Shown in pieces: positions 10,678 to 24,299 of a DNA stretch of 64,000 bases; the first letter of the stretch is position 1, and each line of letters begins with the position of its first letter. This DNA is from Octopus sinensis (taxonomy: Eukaryota), in contig NC_043021.1 of NCBI RefSeq assembly GCF_006345805.1, positions 22,816,001 to 22,880,000 on the forward strand. Reading direction: 5' to 3'. The translations under genes and the position numbers were made by a program. The notes under the pieces are model-generated. The model saw only the letters and a list, made by a program, of their open reading frames with translations, ran no database searches and was not told the DNA's origin.

Positions 10678-12392
10678 ATATGTATATATATATATACTGA
10701 ATATATACTGAGAGGAAAGGAGCAAAGTCAGCTAAATTTTATCAGTACTAGAATTCGTCAGCACCGTTCTGCTAAGACCGACTGGCGACAAATCAAACAG
10801 AACAACATATCGTCAGCATCGCCTATAAAAACAACAGCATGGAAAGGATGGCGTTTATGGAAAGAAAACATCGTATGCAACCGAGTTAATATTTCAATAA
10901 AACTATCAACAGCAATTTATATGTATATTTATTTAAAACAACACAAAATCAAGCTCAGTGAAAGCACACATTCGAGAATAATGTTTAGATATGTTTAGCA
11001 TGTGCTGATGGTGTCTTTTACATCCGTTGTAGTTTCACTCACATACATACTTATATTCTTTATTTTATACATGAAAGCAAATTTATTTTATTCTCTTGTT
11101 CTTTTATTCTCCTTTTCTTTAAACAACAAAACAGCTGCCAACAGAGACTACAACTATATAAGTGCATAGCAGGAAATGAAAGCTAATATGCTGTTGTAAG
11201 AATTCCTGTTTTCACTGCTCTAGATCTTTACATGAAACAGAAATCTGGATAAAGAAACAAAGAAAAAAATCACCATCATGAATTGAATACATTTTAAACT
11301 AACATGTAAATAATATAAATTGAAGTATATTATGCCATTTTCTTTAGTTCAACAATCAAAACAGGATTACAGGAAATACGAAACTGTAGTTTGGAAACTC
11401 TTTCAGATTCTGCTTGTTAACAAAAATCTAAGCATCATTGAAATCCATTTAGCTTCTACAAAACCGAATTTGCCATGCAATATCGCTTCACCGTTAATCA
11501 CTGTTCATTTACTTAATTTCCTAATCATACGCTGTTTTCCATCGTAAACTTATTGATAGAAATCTAAGGCATGCTACCCAGTTAATCTCTTTACACCATC
11601 CTACACGAATACCAAGTTTTCGGTACAAAATCAACAATCGATAAATGATACATTTAAAATTAGCTTTCCACTTCATCCAGCGGAGCCTAAACTAGTTATG
11701 AATTGTGCGCATCAGCCGATCACAATCGTATTTAATCTTTGTCACATTTGTATTATTGAGAAAACGCGTCTTTTAATTCAAGTCTATTTTCTTACATGGA
11801 AAATAACGCTAGATCAAGCATTCCCAGGCTTTTCTATTTTTAGGCTTGTCTCATAGAACGGGGGAAATAGTTTTTTTTTTCTGCACCCTTGCAATTACTT
11901 TCATGACATCCGAAAAAATGCAGAAAGGACGGGTAGACACAATTTTCCTCAGGTATACAGTTTAGCAATCTAGTGAACTCTTTCTGGCAGAATAAAGTTA
12001 GAAGCTAAACATTAAAATTAAATAAAATACGAAGCGCTTGTGCATAAAATATCATCGCAATTTTTTCCCGTTTTATGGCATTGGACAGTAGATTGCACCA
12101 CCCATGGCCACCACCGACTACTAGTAATACAACCTCTGGGCGTTGCACAAAATGTCTGGCAGCACTATGGCTTTTTAAGTTCTGTGTTCCATTCCGCAAT
12201 TTTTGCCATTGTCTTTAGTAAATTGAGTACTAGTGTCAACACATCCCGACCATTCATTTTCGGTTTATCATTCTCTCGAACCATATATGTATATAATTGT
12301 TTTTATTTATAATTCATCGCATTTCACATATTTCTCTACAATTATTGACTTATTTTCTTATTTCTTTATATTTTATGTTTCAAGCGTAACAC

Positions 12393-13025
12393 ATTCTTTT
12401 CTACTCTAGGCACAAGGCCCAGAAGTTTGGAAGAGGAGGCCAGTCGATTAGATCGACCCCAGTATGCAACTGGTAGTTAATTTATCGACTCCGATAGGGT
12501 GAAAGACAAAGTCGACCTCGGCAGAATATGAACTCAGAATGTAAAGACATACGAAATACTACCCACAAGGGGCTAAACACAGAGGGGACAAACAAGGACA
12601 GACATAGGTATTAAGTCGATTACATCGACCCCAGTGCGTAACTGGTACTTAATTTATCGACCCCGAAAGGATGAAAGGCAATGTCGACCTCGGCGGAATT
12701 TGAACTCACAACGTAACGGCAGCCGAAATACCTATTTCTTTATTACCCACAAGGGGCCAAACATAGAAGGGACAAACAAGGACAGACATAGGTATTAAGT
12801 CGATTACATCGACCCCAGTGCGTAATTGGTACTTGATTTATCGACCCCGAAAGGATGAAAGGAAAAGTCGACCTCGGCGGAATTTGAACTCACAACGTTG
12901 TGACAGACGAAATACCGCTAAGCATTTCGCCCGGCGTGCTAACGTTTCTGCCAGTTCGCCGCCTTACATACGAAATACCGCCAATGATTTCACCCGGCGT
13001 GCTAACGTTGCTGCCAGCTCGCCGC
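12393..13025 (-). mobile_element. SINE family C (Meta-domain-like), three tandem internal units and a duplicated head
   Basis: Three copies of CGACCCC...GATGAAAGGC...GTCGACCTCGGC...TGAACTCA. The head CCGGCGTGCTAACGTT...GCCAG occurs twice (about 12910-13025). Confidence 0.88.
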
Positions 13026-13135
13026 CTTTCAGAATAATATATTACCTGTTCGAACTTAATCCCGGTTTAAGCTCATGACTGATATATTCCTCTACCTAGC
13101 AATGTGCTGAATGATTAATATCTATTGTTAATATC

Positions 13136-13850
13136 TATTGTTGGCAACTAAGTTCCCGCCATATTGTTAATTTTTTGAAAATGTATTGCGTTTTTAAATT
13201 TCGGAATCAATTTTTTTTCGAGTATTCTATTTTTGAATTATTTTGGAATCTATTTTGGATTTTTAAATCTAATTTTAGATAGTTTTTGTTTATTTCCAGA
13301 TCATTAAAATGGAATTTTAAGTTTAGAAGAACGAGAATTTTTGACACCTTCTACTTTTTTGCTTTTAATCAAGATTCTAAGGCGTCAAAAGCTGCTTGTG
13401 ACATTTGTGCTGTGTATGCAGAGGGTGCCTTAGCAGACATTACTGCTCGTGATTGGTATGCCAAGATCAAAAATGGAAATTTTGCCCTTAAAGACGCACC
13501 TTGTTCTAGGCGTCCAGTTGAGTTCGATGAACAGCGATTAAACCAACTTTTGCACGAAAATTCTCGTCAAACGACAAGGGAAGTGCCAGAGAAAATGTAA
13601 TGCTCCCACACTGCTATAGGAAAGCATCGTCACTCGATGGGAAAGGTTCAGAAGTATGGAGCATGGGTTCCGCATGCTTTAAGTGAAAAACAACATAAAT
13701 CAACGAACCACAATCACATGCTGGTTTGCATGCTCGTCACTGCTCCACTCATGGACACAAGCAACGATTTCCTTACCGAATTGTTACTGGCGACGAAAAA
13801 TGTTGCCTGTACATTAATATGAAGCAGCTTAAGGAATGGCTTAGCCCATA
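13136..13850 (+). pseudogene. Decayed, 3'-truncated mariner transposon
   Basis: TIR-like TATTGTTGGCAACTAAGTTCCCG. N-terminal HTH region, a WVPHAL motif (WVPHEL-like) and an RIVTGDEK-like segment, with stops and frameshifts. Confidence 0.92.
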
Positions 13851-14423
13851 TACATATAATTTGAAATAATGTTGTCTATTTCTAATATGTTTATTCAAAA
13901 CAGGATTGACCAGTGGTTAAACAAAAAGAACAGCTCCAGCACATCAGTACATTTACCAACATAACTAGCAACACCACCAACAGAGCCCTTGCTGTTTGTG
14001 AATAAATATACAGCTCTATTTCGGGCCTGTGTAATGGTCTCAAATTAACTATTGTCTCAAAGACGGTTGTTCCCTCTTCAAATTACATTAATTGAAAAGC
14101 TAAGCCAGTTCTAGATATTTATTTAGCTTTCTCTTCGGAGAACTATTGTAATGGCAGCTAAGCCGAGTGCTAATGTTTCTGATGACAGACGTATATTATT
14201 CAAATGAATCAATCGATCCTTCTATATTAGAGTTGATTAAATTCTTGCGTTACGGAAAGATTAATCGAATAATGAACCCTTGTAGGATTAAAGCTCAGGA
14301 AGAACCATAAAAATTAAGTGAAGCATTGAATTCGCCCTTCTACAGTCTAAATGCTTAATTGTCAAAGTAAATTCAGAGAATTTCAGTATGCATAGTGGCA
14401 ACACCTCTATCTATAGAATACAA

Positions 14424-14469
<46 letters not shown>

Positions 14470-15340
14470 ACTTTCCCTATCTTTCGTCACACACACAGAC
14501 ACACATACACAAACATATATGAGTTCGTCTGTGTATGTATGTATATTTATGGCTATAAACAGACGCCAATGGCATTAATATATATATATATATATATATA
14601 CAGAGAAGGACAGAGCGCGAGAGAAAGATATACACACATGTATATATATATATCTTTATCCGGGTTATTTACACTTAGGAACATACGCACACACACACAT
14701 ACACACACACATATATAATATGTATATAAGCATATAAGCTGTGCATCTGTGCATTTGCACACATTATACAGTATAAATTGAAGAGCAACGGGAAGTTGGC
14801 CAGCACATAAACCAGGTATCACAGCAAGATACCGATTTAATGAAAATAGAGATATTCTTCTGCATTTCAAGCCCTGAGGCTGTCCATCGTTTCGTTGCAG
14901 CACATTCCGTTAACGAATCAGGGATATATTATTAAATTCCTTCGATTTGCAATCCTCATCTGTGCTGTTATTACTGGAATATGTAAGTATATGTAAAATA
15001 CTGACGATCGCCTAAATTGTTGAAAACCCGGCAGTTAAAAAAAGGATGAACTTGAGTTGCAAGTACCAATATGTATTGTGCCTTCTGTGTGATTTCCATA
15101 AGTAGGAGGCTTATATTATCCTACATTGGCTATGCAGTAGTTAGAATTATGTACCCCTGGTATATCTGTCGCTCTCTATCGCATTTGTTCTAATTAGTGT
15201 CATAGTTACTAAGTTGCTAATATAGCAATCAGTGTTTTTCTTCAGTTATGATCAACGTACCGTGACTTTTCGATTGAAAGTTCCGGCGTGCCTGCTTCAG
15301 CCGATGTTTTAGTTCTGCCAATGTCTATCTATCTATCTGT

Positions 15341-15720
15341 GGAGGCGCAATGGCCCAGTGGTTAGGGCAGCGCACACGCGGTCGTAGGATCGCGGTTTCG
15401 ATTCCCAGACCGAGCGTTGTGAGTGTTTATTGAGCGAACACACCTAAAGCTCCACGAGGCTCCGGCAGGGCATGGTGGTGATCCCTGCTGTACTCTTTCA
15501 CCACAACTTTCTCTCACACTTTCTTACTGTTTCTGTTGTACCTGTATTTCAAAGGGCCGGCCTTGTCACTCTCTGTTTCACGCTGAATATCCCCGAGAAC
15601 TATGTTAAGGGTACACGTGTCTGTGGAGTGCTCAGCCACTTACACGTTAATTTCACGAGCAGGCTGTTCCGTTGGTCGGATCAACCGGAACCCTCATCGT
15701 CGTAACCGACGGAGTGCTTC
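15341..15720 (+). mobile_element. Full-length tRNA-derived SINE family A with (ATCT)n tail
   Basis: GGAGGCGCAATGGCCCAGTGGTTAGGGCAGCG (box A) and GGTTTCGATTCCC (box B). The body is shared with 635-860 and 2464-2680. Confidence 0.9.
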
Positions 15721-15722
15721 CG

Positions 15723-15784
<62 letters not shown>

Positions 15785-15785
15785 A

Positions 15786-15820
<35 letters not shown>

Positions 15821-15984
15821 GTATCTATCTATAAATAATTGTATTTTTATATAAGCTTAAAACTTATGGCGATCACCGCGCAATGGCTAAGGAAAATAGT
15901 CTAATAAATGGGCATATAAGCCCTCGAGAGAAAAAAGGTAACTTTCCTATCCACGTGGGATATATCCTAACAATTGCCAAGTTA

Positions 15985-16495
15985 ACGACATCTTGTCCTG
16001 TCGTTTTTTTTTATCAATTCACAACAAAAACAAAACAGACTTGTGATTTTACCATCTTTGATGATTTGCAGAAATGAAATTAGTTGAGCTTTGTTGCTGA
16101 TGTCTGTACTTTAATTGATTTGTAAGGCCCACGACATTTCTTAGTTCATTCTTTGGCTTCAGCTCTGTCGAAATGTCTTCAATTGGATGAGATATCGCGT
16201 AGGAAGACAAAGTAATGGTCCTAATTTGTTTGACGGCTTCATCGCTAATCATAGTGCCAAAGGCGAACAACAAGCCTGGTTAAATAACGTTTTCGGCATC
16301 AGAAAGTGGTTATTGCCAAAAACTGGGCAATGTTATAACTAGCGATTTGAGCTTTCTCTGGAAATTATATTTACGCTCGAAATTTGGGAAAGTACTTTGA
16401 CCGTGGTTTTCCCCAAATCTCGAAAATATTTTTCGCGGCACACCAGTATTCTCTTGCAGCATGCCATTGTGCCACGGTACACAATTTGCCAGACA
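15985..16495 (-). pseudogene. hAT (Charlie/Buster/SPIN-type) transposase remnant with 5' subterminal region
   Basis: Minus-strand KAQIASYNIAQFLA..PLSDAENVI and EAVKQIRTITLSSYAISHPIEDIS resemble the ASY..A...AE..I and IPLSNNTVSRRIEDMS motifs of ZBED5/Buster-type transposases. Confidence 0.75.
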
Positions 16496-16764
16496 CTCTT
16501 ATAACAGAATAAAATATATTATTAGTCTTCTAATTTAGCATTGTCAATAAGCTGATGTTGCCAAATATTATTGCTGTAAATTACTGCTTTATTCAGATGA
16601 TCTGGCGATTCAGATACTAATATTTAGTTGTGACTCACGTGTAAACATTACATAGGGTATGATCTGAGCATAAAAAAGATCTAAATACAATCTAGTACTT
16701 TATGCTTCATTTATGTATCTATCTATCTATATATATATATATATATTCATGTGTATATATATAC

Positions 16765-16822
<58 letters not shown>

Positions 16823-16899
16823 ACTCTCAATATTTATATATATATATATTTATATATGTGTGCGTGCATTCTCAATATATAAAAACCGTAAGTCGGTGA

Positions 16900-17215
16900 G
16901 CTGACAGAAACGTTAGTGCGTGGGCGAAATACTTAGCGATATTTCGACTGTCTTCTTGTTCTGAGTTCATATTCCGGTGAGGTCAACTTTGCCTTTCATC
17001 CTTTCAGGGTTGCTAAATTAAGTAACAGCTACGTACTGGTGTCGATCTAATAGACTGCCCCTCTCCCCTACAGTAGAAAAGAATATATTATAACGGTGAA
17101 CTAGCAGAATCGTTAGAACCCAGGGCAACACATTTAGCCGCATTTCGTCCCTCTTTACGCTCTGAGTTCAAATTCCGCTGAGGTCCACTTTACCTTTCGC
17201 CCTTTCAGGTTAAAT
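16900..17215 (+). mobile_element. Two adjacent decayed SINE family C copies
   Basis: GAGTTCA(T/A)ATTCCG...GAGGTC..CTTT.CCTTTC occurs twice. Confidence 0.75.
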
Positions 17216-17905
17216 TACATATGCACCTGAATTTCGAATATGCAATGTTTTTGTAATAGATTATTCTCATGTCCAACGTAATTCAACAGATGTTTGATTT
17301 CAAAATAATTATGTCCTATCGGTCTTTGTTGTGTCTACTATTATTATCCATCGGTTCTTCCCTAGTACATACAAATATAATTTGATTTGAGGGGAAAATA
17401 ACTGCTACTCCTGACAGATATTTCTACTCCCTTAATGCAGCAACTTTTCGAAATATACATGTTTGGGTATATTGTTCCTTTGCGACTGCGTATGCTCCAT
17501 GTGTGTGCAGCCGAAGATCCTACATTTGCGATTCCCAAATATTTATTAAGTCAATGATAGAAATATACACACCATAAAGTCACACAAACAAACAAAAAAA
17601 TCAGATAGGAAAGAACCAGGTTGACTGGATTAAAATTCGAGACGGAAGAACATAATTAAGGATAGAAATACAGATAATAAATTCACGCCGTAATTATGAG
17701 AAATATGTAATGCCTAAACTTAATTAATAATGATAAGTTAAAGAAACAAAATATATAAATTAAAACATTTTCTAAAAACCAGCCGGTTGTAATATATAGC
17801 AGGCTGAGGAAATTAGTTATCAAATGTAATTAATAAGATAGCGCAGATAATAAACATAACTCAATTGTGAGTGCCTATATATATATCCATACACACACAC
17901 ACACA

Positions 17906-17995
<90 letters not shown>

Positions 17996-18070
17996 TATAA
18001 TGTGTTTGCATGAATGAATGTGTACGTGTGTCTATTAAGGGCGCATATTTATTGCGTTGTTTGATATCTA

Positions 18071-18271
18071 TTATGGAAAGTATTTCGATTCTAAATTAGA
18101 GTGGTATAAATCACTAGGAAATGTCACTAGATGAATGCATTTATGCATCACAGTCTGTAGATGTTGCCAATATCTCGATTTGATGGTTCTGCTGGCGCCA
18201 ACCCAACTGTGATTTTTATCGCAGCATCTCTTCTCTATGTATTTATCAATATGTGTTCCTCTCCACCCCAA
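18071..18271 (-). pseudogene. Possible Penelope-like GIY-YIG endonuclease remnant
   Basis: CDKNHSWVGASRTIKSRYWQH resembles the C..C...YVG.T.R....R..(E/Q)H second GIY-YIG motif. Confidence 0.45.
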
Positions 18272-18558
18272 ACATATATATATATATATATATATAATAT
18301 ATATATATGTATGTGCATAAATGTATATATATATATATATATGAATGTATGTATGTGTATATACATAGGCACATTCATGTATATAAATATAAGAACACTT
18401 ATTTATCTATATTTATATGAAAGTATTACACATATATGCTAATAATTTTGTGTAAGTTTACGCACACTTATTTAATTGCACATGAGCTATATATACATGT
18501 TTGTGTCTGCTTGCCAGTGAGTTTGTATATGTATGTAGAATACACCCACACCTACACC

Positions 18559-18621
<63 letters not shown>

Positions 18622-19074
18622 ACATGTAAGATCCACGGATCGACGTTTTAGGAAGAAAGTTAGCTTGATGCAAAACGTAGTAAATAAAAAAAAGGAACAC
18701 GTTTCAGGAACAACAGTGGTATGTTGAGACGGATGGTTGTAAAGAACCATGAGCAGAAAAAAAAGGAGGATGCGGTTTTCACAATCCACTGGAAGTAACA
18801 AGGGTCGACGTGTATGCCCCAAAAAATTAGATAAGACTTAAGGAATGGAGTATATAAATACATAAAGATGTTTGAAATCACACCCTGTTGATTCAAATGT
18901 ACAGGCGATACGGATACTCGGCTGGAAGTTCTCCTTCCCTAAGAGAAAGATGTGTTGGACATGGCTGGATGTATTTGGCTGATACATCTTTGAACAGGTA
19001 TGACGTTAAGATACTCGTCCCAAATACCTATATGACACAAAAAAACACCCGAACATGTGTGCATGTACGTGGGC

Positions 19075-19137
<63 letters not shown>

Positions 19138-19299
19138 GTGTGTGTGTGTGTGTATGTATGTGTGTGTGTGTATGTGTGTGTGTATTCAACCATATATATA
19201 TATATATATGTATATATATACATATATATATATATTAATATAACTGTGTAAGTATGTATTTATGTATCTGGATGTGTGCGTGTGTGTTTGTGGTTGCCC

Positions 19300-19500
19300 C
19301 CACAATCACTTGCATGGCTACCGATGCTGGTGTGTTTACGACCCTGTAATTTAGTACTGCGGCACAAAATAACAATAGAATGAGTACTACTCTTAGAAAC
19401 AATAAATGCTGATATCGGTTTCTTCAGTTGAATTACTTTTACGGTGGTGCTCCAGCATGGCTGCTGTGAGATTGCTGAAACAATTAAAAGAATAAAAGAA
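19300..19500 (+). mobile_element. 3' part of CORE-type SINE family B
   Basis: ACCGATGCTGGTGTGTTTACG...GGTGGTGCTCCAGCATGGCTGC...CTGAAACAA matches 24790-24965. Confidence 0.75.
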
Positions 19501-19855
19501 CGAAAGAATATATATATATTACGAAATACACGTATTTATTCATTACGGATATATAATGAAGAAATACTTGCAATCATAACGCTATCCCTAATGGTCTATG
19601 TTATTAGATCATGCAATATTTATATTAAAGAAGCACGAATTCTGCTTCTCTGATGGCAAATGGTGTCTGGCGTTGAGAGAAGAGTAAGTTGGTAATGATT
19701 TCAGCGTGTTTATATACGCGTGTGTGTGTGTGTGTGTGTGTATGTGCGTAAGTCAGAAATATCTGAAGGGCGAACTATAAAATACGAACAGATCTTTCAT
19801 AATATATCATTGAAACGTATTTGTTTGCATACACATGAAAACGTGCGCTCCCACG

Positions 19856-19886
<31 letters not shown>

Positions 19887-19892
19887 ACACAC

Positions 19893-19924
<32 letters not shown>

Positions 19925-21054
19925 GTACTTTTCCTCTCACTCGCACGCACTCAGTCAATATTTTTTAAAACCTTTTTCTTTTTTTTCTTTCTGTCCCTTT
20001 CTATTACTTTTCCGCAAATACATAGACACCGTTACAAACTAACAACGTTATTAAACTGTGCGTATATTAATGGATATTACATATACATACATGAGCGTAA
20101 TATAAATATATGTACATGTACGTATATACATATCTATATATCTATCCATTTATCTATCTATATATCTATTCATCTATCTATTTACTCATATATATATATA
20201 TATATATATATACAGACACACACACACACACATATATATATATTTATATATATATACATACGTAGTATATCTATGCAGCATATTCATAGATATGTATACA
20301 TATATTTATATGAATATATACACAGCTTGCAAATATATATGTAAATATATAAATCGTGTATGTCTATAAATATGTGCGTTGTGGGTTTGTGTCCGTGTGT
20401 TTGTATGTGTGTTTGTATGCGAGTGAGTGTTTGTTCGCGAAGTAGGTGGGAAATGGTTTGGTATGGTAAGACTCAAGAACCGCGCAATAAATCAAAAGCG
20501 ATGGGCAGTTCCTTTCAATTACTGACAAACTGCAATTCCTTCAGATAATTCATATCTGGATTCTTAATAGTCACTTCTCTTCAAACATGCTGCCTTTTAC
20601 ACGCTGGGGCCATTAATCATCCCCTCACACATAAAGTGTTCCCTCTTTATCTACTCCTCCTGCGGGGGTTCCTGATTGACAACATTTACACTTGCGCTAC
20701 ATACCCACACAGCCACATATACAGAGACCCGTAATATAGTAGAAGAAAAACACGCGCCAAATTGAAATGATCTCTCTTTGCTCTATTGGCAAAGCTAACA
20801 TTACAGAATACTCATTTTCCTTACTTTCAGTTAAGCCTTGTAAAAGCCAAGCCTTTAATCTATAAATCAATGGGATATTTCCTCAACTAATCCAATAATA
20901 TTACACCCATAACTTCATAAGAAGGGAAAATGTAGTTTTGTATTTTCTTTACTTTCGCTGTAGTAATGGCATATATGCATATATATATATATATATATGG
21001 TGCGTATGTGTTACCAAATATTTATAGATACGTACACACAGACACAGAATGTCA

Positions 21055-21093
<39 letters not shown>

Positions 21094-21159
21094 ACATACA
21101 CATATATATGCGCGTATGCGTTACTATATATTTATAAACACGTACACAATACATATATA

Positions 21160-21208
<49 letters not shown>

Positions 21209-21418
21209 GTGTGTATGTATGTATGTATGTATGTATGTATGTATACAAGCACACACCCATACATCTGGTGTTGGTAATATATACATACGTAAACGATGAT
21301 ATACATATATTTTTAAATTTTTTTATGCAGGTGAACACATATATCTGCCGTTATATATACATTCTATAAGGTATAGGCGATATATGTACAAGTGTTTGAC
21401 TTTCTGTGTATTATATAT

Positions 21419-21487
<69 letters not shown>

Positions 21488-21533
21488 TGTGTTTGCTTAC
21501 GTGTGCGCTTGAGCATATTAGTATGTATATATG

Positions 21534-21575
<42 letters not shown>

Positions 21576-22881
21576 TTAATAATTGCCTAACAGTTTGCCA
21601 GGTACTCGATACTTCATGCCACCTAATTGAAAACAAGGAGGTAAGCTTTACTGATATAGAGATTAACCAAAGATACAGCATATAAACCTTTAGGGTCAGC
21701 GTTCCTGCGTCAGAAATATACCAATTATGAGTTCAACTGCCGCTTTTTCCTTCAATTAATCATCTCCATATCTGACGTTAAAAACATAAAAACAAGAGAA
21801 CCACGCAGTAGGAAATAAAAAAAGAAAAGAAATCCTTAAGTGATGTCGTTTATTTACTTTGCTATTTATAATATACTCCATTCCATGATTCATTGCTCTT
21901 ATCGTCCACGCAATTTAGCAGCATGGGATCTGATATGCTGATAGTGTGCCGTAATGTATGTTATTAACATGTATAGTCTTTGATCTTAAAAACTAGATTA
22001 ATCAGGTTATGAAATGGTTGAGCGTATTGCCACTGGATGCGGTTTATCCTGGTTATGTTTCTGCTTTTCCTGTTGTGTGTTTTTGTTATTGTTGTTTTCA
22101 CGTTCGAGTTTTGTATTTTTATCTCTTGGTCAGACCCAGTAAAGCAGGTACACAAACGACCAAAATTCCTTTCCATTCATGACAATAGCGTGTTTTCTTG
22201 TCGAATATTGCGTTCCGTACTGTATTATCCAAATTTTCCAACGCTTCCATATAACGACTGAGCATAACATTTGCTTGAAAGTTTCCCACTATTTATTATT
22301 CACTTGTCCAAACAAAGAGATGCGCTCAACTTGACGCTTCGCGATTTTTTATTATTTAGTAGTCTATGTTCCGTTTTTTCTTGTATTTCTCATAGATTTG
22401 TTTCCTGTCATTATATCAATCAGATTTCCTTTCCTCAACTGATTGTAATTTTTCTGTCTGATCTTCATGGACATTTGGAAAGGTGGCATTACAAGTCGAC
22501 CAGTAACCCGACTAACAACGCCCTATTATCACTGCGCAGTGGCTGTATTGAATATTTGTCTGTTTCTCGCTCCCTTTGCTCTATATATTTTGAGGAAAGC
22601 TATGTGTTAAATATATATATATATATCAAATGTGACGATAAAATTATTTTCGAAAAAAGCTATTTTCTCGAAAAAATCTTTATCAATGGCCAGCATATTA
22701 AAAAAACCTTTAACGGTTAAATTTATAAAGAATTCATAAATGAGGGCAAAGGAAAAAATTTCTAATGCCAAATATGCCGAAAAATTGGACATATTGTCCA
22801 TTAACCATATAATGTTTTCACAATACGCACGCTACTCGAAAAAAGATCGGCAGGAATTTCTAAAAAATTCCATTATTACCA

Positions 22882-22934
22882 TATCTGACCGATTTCAGAG
22901 TTAGCTACTAAGAGGCCTCTCTTCGTCAGTGATA
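22882..22934 (-). ncRNA. Minimal hammerhead-like motif (one stem I mismatch)
   Basis: Minus strand reads TATCA-CTGACGA-AGAG(18 nt)CTCT-GAAA-TCG-GTC-AGATA. Confidence 0.45.
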
Positions 22935-22953
22935 CATTGCCCTCATTTATGAA

Positions 22954-22984
<31 letters not shown>

Positions 22985-22993
22985 GTGTGTGTG

Positions 22994-23024
<31 letters not shown>

Positions 23025-23082
23025 ACTGTTAGCGATTTGTTTTTCCTCTGTCTTCCCTTTTCTGGATCTTCCCTTTTCCTAT

Positions 23083-23117
23083 GTTTCTGACGAAGAGCTC
23101 CGCTCGAAACGTAAAAC
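23083..23117 (+). ncRNA. Minimal (dimer-type) type I hammerhead ribozyme candidate
   Basis: GTTT-CTGACGA-A-GAGC(tcc)GCTC-GAAAC-GTA-AAAC. Stem I 4 bp, stem II 4 bp, self-complementary ACGT as stem III. Confidence 0.55.
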
Positions 23118-23769
23118 CCTCCTTCTTCCCTTCCTTCCTAAGCGTCCAATAATACTATATTCGTTCCACGTCCTCGCGTTGTTGTGTTTTCTCTTTGTTT
23201 TTATGTTTGGATTAACTTTATATATATATATATATATATATACACACTCAGAAAGGGTGTTCAGGCTAAATTCGACGATCTATTATATATCCGTTGGCAT
23301 GGGAGTGTAGAAAACATTTGCATAGAGGAAAAGAGTAGTCTGTGCCGTGATGATTCGCAATGACTATCACAATGCCAGTATCATGACTTTATACACAACC
23401 ACGAGAAACTGATAAAGATTTTGGTCTCGATAGAATGAAAGGCAATGTGAGCTTAAGATGGGAATATGGGGGAATTACGGCTTAGCAGTTTATCCAACAT
23501 ACTAACAATCCTGCGAGTCCGCCGCCTAAATATTATTATTATTATTATTGTTGTTGTTGTTTTTGTTGTTGTTGCTGTTGTTGTTGTTGCATTTCGGAAT
23601 ATTCATTTTTCCAGTTTAGCCAATAAATACAAACACACTATATATTTGGTGTTATTTTGCTTCAGTGTTATTCATTTTTTATTAAACTTATTGGCTAAAC
23701 TGGCAAAATGACCACTCCGAAAAACAATAATATCTGTTTCAACACACATCTTCACATAAAAAATCTTGC

Positions 23770-23775
23770 ACAACA

Positions 23776-23827
<52 letters not shown>

Positions 23828-24290
23828 TATTATTATTGTTGTTGTTGTTGTTGTTCTTATTGTTGTTATTGTTGTTGTTGTTATAACTATTATTATTATT
23901 ATTATTATCATTATTATTATTTTATTATTATTACTATTGCTTTTATTTTCATTATCATCTTCTTTCCATTCCGTTTCCATTTGTCGCCGAGTGTCTTCCT
24001 GACACCTAGGGCAGAGAAACGCACTGAAGGCCATTAAAGAAAACACACCAAACTGTCCATTTACAAAGGAAAGGAGGAAGAATAGCAGAAAGAAAAAATG
24101 AAAAGATAAAAAAATAAACAAAGAGAATAAAGCGGGAAAACAGAAAGAATATACAGTAATCATTATTATTATTATCATTATTATTGTTATTATCATTATT
24201 ATTATCATTATTATTATTATTATTATTGTTATTAATATTATTATTATTATTATTATTATTGTTATCATCACCAATAAAAATAATAATAAG
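23770..24290. repeat. (ATT)n/(GTT)n microsatellite blocks flanking a retroelement 3' end
   Basis: Direct reading. Confidence 0.9.
23965..24040 (-). mobile_element. 3' end of a non-LTR element (R4/Dong-like, tentative) with (TAA)n tail
   Basis: Minus strand GCCCTAGGTGTCAGGAAGACACTCGGC followed by A-rich sequence and (TAA)n. A second copy lies at 59060-59135. Confidence 0.5.
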
Positions 24291-24299
24291 AAGAAGACA

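Noticed and set aside
12005-12250. Possible piggyBac C-terminal cysteine-rich remnant
   Set aside because: The resemblance is limited to a few residues; I cannot support it without a profile search.
12445-12900. CRISPR-like array
   Set aside because: The repeats are ~184-bp SINE units without unique spacers, in eukaryotic DNA with no cas genes.
15341-15415. tRNA gene
   Set aside because: The tRNA-like head runs directly into a SINE body repeated elsewhere. There is no intact cloverleaf or terminator. The same applies to the heads at 24552, 35822 and 58047.
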